Shown: positions 53,901 through 64,000 of the stretch, piece by piece
Layout: every line of letters starts with the position of its first letter
Numbering within the stretch: position 1 is the stretch's first letter
From: Eledone cirrhosa
Lineage: Eukaryota
Direction of reading: 5' to 3'
NCBI GenBank assembly: GCA_964016885.1
Contig: OZ024742.1
Span: 367,722,001-367,786,000, forward strand
Length of the DNA stretch: 64,000 nucleotides
Notes under the pieces: model-generated
What the model was told of the DNA's origin: nothing
Seen by the model: the letters and a program-made list of their open reading frames with translations, nothing else
Databases searched by the model: none
Program-made: the position numbers and the translations under genes

Positions 53901-55429
53901 TGTGTCATTTGGTGATCTCTGTTGGTCGAATGTTCGATTGGAAAACCAGCTGGTTTCATCTGGTCCTGTGTCTTTTGGTGTTCACTATTGGTCGAATGTT
54001 CGATTGGAAAACCAGCTGGTTTTATCTGCTCCTGTATCATTTGGTGGTCAATCATGGTCGAATGTTCGATTGGGAAACCAGTTGGTTTTATCTGGTCCTG
54101 TGTCATTTGGTGATCACTAATGGTCGAATGTTCGATTGGAAAATCAGCTGGTTTTATCTGGTCCTGTGTCATTTGGTGATCACTAATGGTCGAATGTTCG
54201 ATTGGAAAACCAGCTCGTTGTATCTGGTCCTGTATCATTTGGTGATCACTCATGGTCGAAAGTTCGATTGGGAAACTAGCTGGTTTTATCTGGTCCTGTA
54301 TCATTTGCTGATCACTCATGGTCAAATGTTCGATTGGGAAACCAGCTGGTTTTATCTGGTCCTGTATCATTTGGTGATCACTCATGGTCGAATGTTCGAT
54401 TGGGGAACCAGCTGGTTGTATCTGGTCCTGTATCATTTGGTGATCACTCATGGTCGAATGTTCGATTGGGAAACCAGCTGGTTCTATCTGGTCCTGTATC
54501 ACTTGGTGATCACTCATGGTCGAATGTTCGATTGGGAAACCAGCTGGTTTTATCTGGTCCTGTATCAATTGGTGATCACTCATGGTCGAATGTTCGATTG
54601 GAAAACCAGCTAGTTTTATCTGGTCCTGTATCATTTGGTGATCACTCATGGTCGAATGTTCGATTGGGAAACCAGCTGGTTTTATCTGGTCCTGTATCAT
54701 TTGGTGATCACTCATGGTCGAATGTTCGATTGGGAAACCAGCTGGTTTGATCTGGTCCTGTGTCATTTGGTGATCACTAATTGTCGAATGTTCGATTGGA
54801 AAACCAGCTGGTTTTATCTGGTCCTGTGTCATTTGGTGATCACTAATGGTTGAATGTTCGATTGGAAAACCAGCTGGTTTTATCTGGTCCTGTGTCATTT
54901 GGTGATCACTAATGGTCGAATGTTCGATTGGGAAACCAGCTCGTTGTATCTGGTCCTGTATCATTTGGTGATCACTCATGGTCGAATGTTCGATTGGGAA
55001 ACCAGCTGGTTCTATCTGGTCCTGTATCATTTGGTGATCACTCATGGTCGAATGTTCGATTGGGAAACCAGCTGGTTTTATCTGGTCCAGTATCAATTGG
55101 TGATCACTCATGGTCGAATGTTCGATTGGAAAACCAGCTGGTTTCATCTGGTCCTGTGTCTTTTGGTGTTCACTATTGGTCGAATATTCGATTGGAAAAC
55201 CAGCTGGTTTTATCTGCTCCTGTATCATTTGGTGATCACTCATGGTCGAATGTTCGATTGGGAAACCAGCTGGTTGTATCTGGTCCTGTGTCATTTGGTG
55301 ATCACTATTGGTCGAATGTTCGATTGGGAAACAGGCTGGTTTTATCTGGTCCTGTGTCATTTGGTGATCCCTATTGGTCGAATGTTCGATTGGGAAACCA
55401 GCTGGTTTTATCTGGTCCTGTGTCATTTG

Positions 55430-57070
55430 GTGATCACTAATGGTCGAATGTTCGATTGGGAAACCAATTGGTTTTATCTGGTCCTGTGTCATCTGGTGAT
55501 CACTCATGGCCGAATGTTCGATTGGGAAACCAGCTGGTTTTATCTGGTCCTGTATCAGTGATCACTCATGGTGGAATGTTCGATTGGAAAACCAGCTGGT
55601 TTTATCTGGTCCTGTATCATTTGGTGATCACTAATGGTCGAATGTTCGATTGGAAAACCAGCTGGTTTTATCTGTTCCTGTGTCATTTGGTGATCACCAA
55701 TTGTCGAATGTTCGATTGGAAAATCAGCTGGTTTTATCTGGTCCTGTGTCATTTGGTGATCAATAATGGTCGAATGTTCGATTGGAAAACCAGCTGGTTG
55801 TATCTGGTCCTGTATCATTTGGTGATCACTCATGGTCGAATGTTCGATTGGGAAACCAGCTGGTTTTATCTGGTCCTGTATCAATTGGTGATCACTCATG
55901 GTCGAATGTTCGATTGGGAAACCAGCTGGTTTTATCTGGTCCTGTATCATTTGGTGATCACTAATGGTCGAATGTTCGATTGGAAAACCAGCTGGTTTTA
56001 TCTGGTCCTGTGTCATTTGGTGATCACTAATGGTCGAATGTTCGATTGGAAAACCAGCTGGTTTTATCTGGTCCTGTGTCATTTGGTGATCACTAATGGT
56101 CGAATGTTCGATTGGAAAATCAGCTGGTTTTATCTGGTCCTGTGTCATTTGGTTATCACTAATGGTCGAATGTTTGATTGGAAAACCAGCTGGTTGTATC
56201 TGGTCCCGTGTCATTTGGTGATCTCTGTTGGTCGAATGTTCAATTGGAAAACCAGCTGGTTTCATCTGGTCCTGTGTGTTTTGGTGTTCACTATTGGTCG
56301 AATGTTCGATTGGAAAACCAGCTGGTTTTATCTGTTCCTGCATCATTTGGTGATCACTCATGGTCGAATGTTCGATTGGGAAACCAGCTGGTTTTATCTG
56401 GTCCTGTATCATTTGGTGATCACTCATGGTCGAATGTTCGATTGGGAAACCAGCTGGTTGTATCTGGTCCTGTATCATTTGTTGATCACTCATGGTCGAA
56501 TGTTCGATTGGGAAACCAGCTGGTTCTATCTGGTCCTGTATCATTTGGTAATCACTCATAGCCGAATGTTCGATTGGGAAACCAGCTGGTTTTATCTGGT
56601 CCTGTATCAATTGGTGATCACTCATGGTCGAATGTTCGATTGGAAAACCAGCTGGTTTCATCTGGTCCTGTGTCTTTTGGTGTTCACTATTGGTAGAATG
56701 TTTGATTGTAAAACCAGCTGGTTTTATCTGCTCCTGTATCATTTGGTGGTCAATCATGGTCGAATGTTCGATTGGGAAACCAGCTGGTTGTATCTGGTCC
56801 TGTGTCATTTGGTGATCACTATTGGTCGAATGTTCGATTGGGAAACAGGCTGGTTTTATCTGGTCCTGTGTCATTTGGTGATCACTCATGGCCGAATGTT
56901 CGATTGGGAAACCAGCTGGTTTTATCTGGTCCTGTATCATTTGGTGATCACTCATCTCATGGTCGAATGTTCGATTGGGAAACCAGCTGGTTTTATCTGG
57001 TCCTGTATCATTTGGTGATCACTCATGGTCGAATGTTCGATTGGGAAACCAGCTGGTTTTATCTGGTCCT
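55430..57070. repeat. Distant copy of the 29750-31390 block
   Basis: Same ordered rare variants, including the 71-bp monomer with CTCATCTCAT at 56951-56960 (versus 31272-31281). Confidence 0.85.
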
Positions 57071-58439
57071 GTATCAGTGATCACTCATGGTGGAATGTTC
57101 GATTGGAAAACCAGCTGGTTTTATCTGGTCCTGTATCATTTGGTGATCACTAATGGTCGAATGTTCGATTGGAAAACCAGCTGGTTTTATCTGTTCCTGT
57201 GTCATTTGGTGATCACTAATTGTCGAATGTTCGATTGGAAAATCAGCTGGTTTTATCTGGTCCTGTGTCATTTGGTGATCACTAATGGTCGAATGTTCGA
57301 TTGGAAAACCAGCTGATTGTATCTGGTCCTGTATCATTTGGTGATCACTCATGGTCGAATGTTCGATTGGGAAACCAGCTGGTTTTATCTGGTCCTGTAT
57401 CATTTGGTGATCATATTGGTCGAATGTTCGATTGGGAAACCAGCTGGTTTTATCTGGTCCTGTATCATTTGGTGATCACTCATGGTCGAATGTTCGATTG
57501 GAAAACCAGCTGGTTTTATCTGGTCCTGTATCATTTGGTGATCACTCATGGTCGAATGTTCGATTTGGAAACCAGCTGGTTTTATCTGGTCCTGTATCAT
57601 TTGGTGATCACTCATGGTCGAATGTTCGATTGGGAAAACAGCCTGTTTTATCTGGTCCTGTATCATTTGGTGATCACTCATGGCCGAATGTTCGATTGGA
57701 AAACCAGCTGGTTTTATCTGGTCCTGTATCATTTGGTGATCACTCATGGTGGAATGTTCGATTGGAAAACCAGCTGGTTTTATCTGGTCCTGTATCATTT
57801 GGTGATCACTAATGGTCGAATGTTCGATTGGAAAACCAGCTGGTTTGATCTGGTCCTGTGTCATTTGGTGATCACTAATTGTCGAATGTTCGATTGGAAA
57901 ACCAGCTGGTTTTATCTGGTCCTGTGTCATTTGGTGATCACTAATGGTTGAATGTTCGATTGGAAAACCAGCTGGTTTTATCTGGTCCTGTGTCATTTGG
58001 TGATCACTAATGGTCGAATGTTCGATTGGAAAACCAGCTGGTTTTATCTGGTCCTGTGTCATTTGGTGATCACTAATGGTCGAATGTTCGATTGGAAAAC
58101 CAGCTGGTTTTATCTGGTCCTGTGTCATTTGGTGATCACTAATGGTCGAATGTTTGATTGGAAAACCAGCTGGCTTGATCTAGTCCTGTGTCATTTGGTG
58201 ATCACTAATGGTCGAATGTTCGATTGGAAAATCAACTGGTTTTATCTGGTCCTGTGTCATTTGGTGATCACTAATGGTCGAATGTTCGATTGGAAAACCA
58301 GCTGGTTGTATCTGGTCCTGTGTCATTTGGTGATCTCTGTTGGTCGAATGTTCGATTGGAAAACCAGCTGGTTTTATCTGTTCCTGTATCATTTGGTGAT
58401 CACACATGGTCGAATGTTCGATTGGGAAACCAGCTGGTT

Positions 58440-61400
58440 TTATCTGGTCCTGTATCATTTGGTGATCACTCATTGTCGAATGTTCGATTGGGAAACCAGC
58501 TCGTTGTATCTGGTCCTGTATCATTTGGTGATCACTCATGGTCGAATGTTCAATTGGGAAACCAGCTGGTTCTATCTGGTCCTGTATCATTTGGTGATCA
58601 CTCATGGTCGAATGTTTGATTGGGAAACCAGCTGGTTTTATCTGGTCCTGTATCAATTGTTGATCACTCATGGTCGAATGTTCGATTGGAAAACCAGCTG
58701 GTTTCATCTGGTCCTGTGTCTTTTGGTGTTCACTATTGGTCGAATGTTCGATTGGAAAACCAACTGGTTTTATCTGCTCCTGTATCATTTGGAGGTCAAT
58801 CATGGTCGAATGTTCGATTGGGAAACCAGCTGGTTGTATCTGGTCCTGTGTCATTTGTTGATCACTATTGGTCGAATGTTCGATTGGAAAAACAGCCTGT
58901 TTTATCTGGTCCTGTATCATTTGGTGATCACTCATGGCCGAATGTTTGATTGGGTAACCAGCTGGTTTTATCTGGTCCTGTATCAGTGATCACTCATGGT
59001 GGAATGTTCGATTGGAAAACCAGCTGGTTTTATCTGGACCTGTATCATTTGGTGATCACTAATGGTCGAATGTTCGATTGGAAAACCAGCTGGTTTTATC
59101 TGTTCCTGTGTCATTTGGTGATCACTAATTGTCGAATGTTCGATTGGAAAATCAGCTGGTTTTATCTGGTCCTGTGTCATTTGGTGATCACTAATGGTTG
59201 AATGTTCGATTGGAAAATCAGCTGGTTTTATCTGGTCCTGTGTCATTTGGTGATGACTAATGGTCGAATGTTCGATTGGAAAACCAGCTGGTTGTATCTG
59301 GTCCTGTATCATTTGGTGATCACTCATGGTCGAATGTTCGATTGGGAAACCAGCTGATTTTATCTGGTCCTGTATCATTTGGTGATCACTCATGGTCGAA
59401 TGTTCGATTGGGAAACCAGCTGGTTTTTTCTGGTCCTGTATCCTTTGGTGATCACTCATGGTCGAATGTTCGATTGGGAAACCAGCTGGTTTTATCTGCT
59501 CCTGTATCATTTGGTGATCACTCATGGTCGAAAGTTCGATTGGGAAACTAGCTGGTTTTATCTGGTCCTGTATCATTTGGTGATCACTCATGGTCGAATG
59601 TTCGATTGGTAAACCAGCTGGTTTTATCTGGTCCTGTATCATTTGGTGATCACTTATGGTCAAATGTTCGATTGGGAAACCAGCTGGTTTTATCTGGTCC
59701 TGTATCATTTGGTGATCACTCATGGTCGAATGTTCGATTGGGAAACCAGCTGGTTTTATCTGGTCCTGTATCATTTGGTGATCATATTGGTCGAATGTTC
59801 GATTGGGAAACCAGCTGGTTTTATCTGGTCCTGTATCATTTGGTGATCACTCATGGTCGAATGTTCGATTGGGAAACCAGCTGGTTTTATCTGGTCCTGT
59901 ATCATTTGGTGATCACTCATAGTCGAATGTTCGATTGGGAAAACAGCCTGTTTTATCTGGTCCTGTATCATTTGGTGATCACTCATGGCCGAATGTTCGA
60001 TTGGGAAACCAGCTGGTTTTATCTGGTCCTGTATCATTTGGTGATCACTCATGGTGGAATGTTCGATTGGAAAACCAGCTGGTTTTATCTGGTCCTGTAT
60101 CATTTGGTGATCACTAATGGTCGAATGTTCGATTGGAAAACCAGCTGGTTTTATCTGGTCCTGTGTCATTTGGTGATCACTAATGGTCGAATGTTCGATT
60201 GGAAAACCAGCTGGTTTTATCTGGTACTGTGTCATTTGGTGATCACTAATGGTCGAATGTTTGATTGGAAAACCAGCTGGCTTGATCTAGTCCTGTGTCA
60301 TTTGGTGATCACTAATGGTCGAATGTTCGATTGGAAAATCAACTGGTTTTATCTGGTCCTGTGTCATTTGGTGATCACTAATGGTCGAATGTTCGATTGG
60401 AAAACCAGCTGGTTGTATCTGGTCCTGTGTCATTTGGTGATCTCTGTTGGTCGAATGTTCGATTGGAAAACCAGCTGGTTTCATCTGGTCCTGTATCATT
60501 TGGTGATCACTCATTGTCGAATGTTCGATTGGGAAACCAGCTCGTTGTATCTGGTCCTGTATCATTTGGTGATCACTCATGGTCGAATGTTCAATTGGGA
60601 AACCAGCTGGTTCTATCTGGTCCTGTATCATTTGGTGATCACTCATGGTCGAATGTTCGATTGGGAAACCAGCTGGTTTTATCTGGTCCTGTATCAATTG
60701 GTGATCACTCATGGTCGAATGTTCGATTGGAAAACCAGCTGGTTTCATCTGGTCCTGTGTCTTTTGGTGTTCACTATTGGTCGAATGTTCGATTGGAAAA
60801 CCAGCTGGTTTTATCTGCTCCTGTATCATTTGGTGGTCAATCATGGTCGAATGTTCGATTGGGAAACCAGCTGGTTGTATCTGGTCCTGTGTCATTTGTT
60901 GATCACTATTGGTCGAATGTTCGATTGGGAAAACAGCCTGTTTTATCTGGTCCTGTATCATTTGGTGATCACTCATGGCCGAATGTTTGATTGGGAAACC
61001 AGCTGGTTTTATCTGGTCCTGTATCAGTGATCACACATGGTGGAATGTTCGATTGGAAAACCAGCTGGTTTTATCTGGTCCTGTATCATTTGGTGATCAC
61101 TAATGGTCGAATGTTCGATTGGAAAACCAGCTGGTTTTATCTGTTCCTGTGTCATTTGGTGATCACTAATTGTCGAATGTTCGATTGGAAAATCAGCTGG
61201 TTTTATCTGGTCCTGTGTCATTTGGTGATCACTAATGGTCGAATGTTCGATTGGAAAATCAGCTGGTTTTATCTGGTCCTGTGTCATTTGGTGATGACTA
61301 TTGGTCGAATGTTCGATTGGAAAACCAGCTGGTTGTATCTGGTCCTGTATCATTTGGTGATCACTCATGGTCGAATGTTCGATTGGGAAACCAGCTGATT

Positions 61401-61980
61401 TTATCTGGTCCTGTATCATTTGGTGATCACTCATGGTCGAATGTTCGATTGGGAAACCAGCTGGTTTTTTCTGGTCCTGTATCCTTTGGTGATCACTCAT
61501 GGTCGAATGTTCGATTTGGAAACCAGCTGGTTTTATCTGCTCCTGTATCATTTGGTGATCACTCATGGTCGAAAGTTCGATTGGGAAACTAGCTGGTTTT
61601 ATCTGGTCCTGTATCATTTGGTGATCACTCATGGTCGAATGTTCGATTGGTAAACCAGCTGGTTTTATCTGGTCCTGTATCATTTGGTGATCACTTATGG
61701 TCAAATGTTCGATTGGGAAACCAGCTGGTTTTATCTGGTCCTGTATCATTTGGTGATCACTCATGGTCGAATGTTCGATTGGGAAACCAGCTGGTTTTAT
61801 CTGGTCCTGTATCATTTGGTGATCATATTGGTCGAATGTTCGATTGGGAAACCAGCTGGTTTTATCTGGTCCTGTATCATTTGGTGATCACTCATGGTCG
61901 AATGTTCGATTGGGAAACCAGCTGGTTTTATCTGGTCCTGTATCATTTGGTGATCACTCATAGTCGAATGTTCGATTGGG
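58440..61980. repeat. Higher-order duplication, offset 2041 bp (31 monomers minus 5 bp)
   Basis: ORF pairs 58670/60711, 58950/60991, 58983/61024, 59379/61420 and 59606/61647. The GGTTTTTTCTGG variant is shared. Confidence 0.82.
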
Positions 61981-64000
61981 AAACCAGCTGGTTTTATCTG
62001 GTCCTGTATCATTTGGTGATCACTCATGGTGGAATGTTCGATTGGAAAACCAGCTGGTTTTATCTGGTCCTGTATCATTTGGTGATCACTAATGGTCGAA
62101 TGTTCGATTGGAAAACCAGCTGGTTTGATCTGGTCCTGTGTCATTTGGTGATCACTAATTGTCGAATGTTCGATTGGAAAACCAGCTGGTTTGATCTGGT
62201 CCTGTGTCATTTGGTGATCACTAATGGTAGAATGTTCGATTGGAAAACCAGCTGGTTTTATCTGGTCCTGTGTCATTTGGTGATCACTAATGGTCGAATG
62301 TTCGATTGGAAAACCAGCTGGTTTTATCTGGTCCTGTGTCATTTGGTGATCACTAATTGTCGAATGTTCGATTGGAAAACCAGCTGGCTTGATCTGGTCC
62401 TGTGTCATTTGGTGATCAATAATGGTCGAATGTTCGATTGGAAAATCAGCTGGTTTTATCTGGTCCTGTGTCATTTGGTGATCACTAATGGTCGAATGTT
62501 CGATTGGAAAACCAGCTGGTTGTATCTGGTCCTGTGTCATTTGGTGATCTCTGTTGGTCGAATGTTCGATTGGAAAACCAGCTGGTTTCATCTGGTCCTG
62601 TGTCTTTTGGTGTTCACTATTGGTCGAATGTTCGATTGGAAAACCAGCTGGTTTTATCTGCTCCTGTATCATTTGGTGGTCAATCATGGTCGAATGTTCG
62701 ATTGGGAAACCAGCTGGTTTTATCTGGTCCTGTGTCATTTGGTGATCACTAATGGTCGAATGTTCGATTGGAAAATCAGCTGGTTTTATCTGGTCCTGTG
62801 TCATTTGGTGATCACTAATGGTCGAATGTTCGATTGGAAAACCAGCTGGTTGTATCTGGTCCTGTATCATTTGGTGATCACTCATGGTCGAATGTTCGAT
62901 TGGGAAACCAGCTGGTTTTATCTGGTCCTGTATCATTTGCTGATCACTCATGGTCGAATGTTCGATTGGGAAACCAGCTGGTTTTATCTGGTCCTGTATC
63001 ATTTGGTGATCACTCATGGTCGAATGTTCGATTGGGAAACCAGCTGGTTGTATCTGGTCCTGTATCATTTGGTGATCACTCATGGTCGAATGTTCGATTG
63101 GGAAACCAGCTGGTTCTATCTGGTCCTGTATCATTTGGTGATCACTCATGGTCGAATGTTCGATTGGGAAACCAGCTGGTTTTATCTGGTCCTGTATCAA
63201 TTGGTGATCACTCATGGTCGAATGTTCGATTGGAAAACCAGCTAGTTTTATCTGGTCCTGTATCATTTGGTGATCACTCATGGTCGAATGTTCGATTGGG
63301 AAACCAGCTAGTTTTATCTGGTCCTGTATCATTTGGTGATCACTCATGGTCGAATGTTCGATTGGGAAACCAGCTGGTTTGATCTGGTCCTGTGTCATTT
63401 GGTGATCACTAATTGTCGAATGTTCGATTGGAAAACCAGCTGGTTTTATCTGGTCCTCTGTCATTTGGTGATCACTAATGGTCGAATGTTCGATTGGAAA
63501 ACCAGCTGGTTTTATCTGGTCCTGTGTCATTTGGTGATCACTAATGGTCGAATGTTCGATTGGAAAACCAGCTGGTTTTATCTGGTCCTGTGTCATTTGG
63601 TGATCACTAATGGTCGAATGTTCGATTGGAAAACCAGCTGGTTTTATCTGGTCCTGTGTCATTTGGTGATCACTAATGGTCGAATGCTCGATTGGAAAAC
63701 CACCTGGCTTGATCTTGTCCTGTGTCATTTGGTGATCACTAATGGTCGAATGTTCGATTGGAAAATCAACTGGTTTTATCTGGTCCTGTGTCATTTGGTG
63801 ATCACTAATGGTCGAATGTTCGATTGGAAAACCAGCTGGTTGTATCTGGTCCTGTGTCATTTGGTGATCTCTGTTGGTCGAATGTTCGATTGGAAAACCA
63901 GCTGGTTTCATCTGGTCCTGTGTCTTTTGGTGTTCACTATTGGTCGAATGTTCGATTGGAAAACCAGCTGGTTTTATCTGTTCCTGTATCATTTGGTGAT

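Larger units (their letters stand above)
1..64000. repeat. Tandem satellite DNA array, 66-bp monomer, about 970 copies, runs off both window edges
   Basis: The consensus TGTATCATTTGGTGATCACTCATGGTCGAATGTTCGATTGGGAAACCAGCTGGTTTTATCTGGTCC recurs every 66 bp (monomers start at 1, 67, 133...), typically with 0-4 substitutions per copy. Every ORF in the track has a 22-aa period. I saw no intervening unique DNA or inversion. Confidence 0.99.

Noticed and set aside
434-63245. Plus-strand ORFs (MFDWETSWFYLVLYHLVITHGR)n and (GNQLVLSGPVSFGDHSWSNVRL)n as genes
   Set aside because: Three overlapping frames are open only because the monomer is 22 codons. Frequent stops and frameshifts occur, there is no unique domain, and the ORFs swap frames at indels.
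1-64000. CRISPR array (66-bp period like a 36+30 repeat-spacer unit; palindromic repeats)
   Set aside because: All 66 positions are conserved between units, so there are no unique spacers. There is also no leader or cas gene.
1-64000. Telomeric repeat, 5S/tRNA/snRNA tandem gene array, or MITE/LTR array
   Set aside because: I recognised no short G-rich telomere unit, RNA gene sequence or Pol III boxes, and no terminal inverted repeats with target-site duplications or transposase fragments.
1-64000. Diversity-generating or antigenic-variation cassette system
   Set aside because: Variants recur in ordered blocks explained by duplication. There is no adenine-specific hypervariability, reverse transcriptase, recombinase or expression locus in the window.

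Overview
The whole 64 kb window is one uninterrupted head-to-tail satellite array of a 66-bp monomer (about 970 copies, all in one orientation). The consensus is TGTATCATTTGGTGATCACTCATGGTCGAATGTTCGATTGGGAAACCAGCTGGTTTTATCTGGTCC (29/66 GC; + strand T24 G17 A13 C12). I see no unique sequence, transposon, RNA gene, CRISPR spacer or credible protein gene. The long ORFs arise because 66 bp is 22 codons and three frames of the consensus lack stops; they are repeatedly broken by 1-, 4- and 5-bp indel monomers. Three things stand out. (i) Each monomer carries three dyads (GTGATCAC, TCGAAtgTTCGA, AAACCAGCTGGTTT), and several multi-substitution variants rebuild a perfect palindrome rather than destroy it. 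(ii) Monomer variants reveal irregular nested duplications with offsets of 725, 924, 1318, 1516, 1716, 2041, 2177, 4680 and 5463 bp, plus one about 1.6-kb block copied 25.7 kb away. (iii) The variant repertoire shifts at about 21 kb. The organism and function (centromeric or other heterochromatin) cannot be determined from the sequence; a eukaryotic satellite is my inference. Duplication boundaries were read by eye and are approximate.
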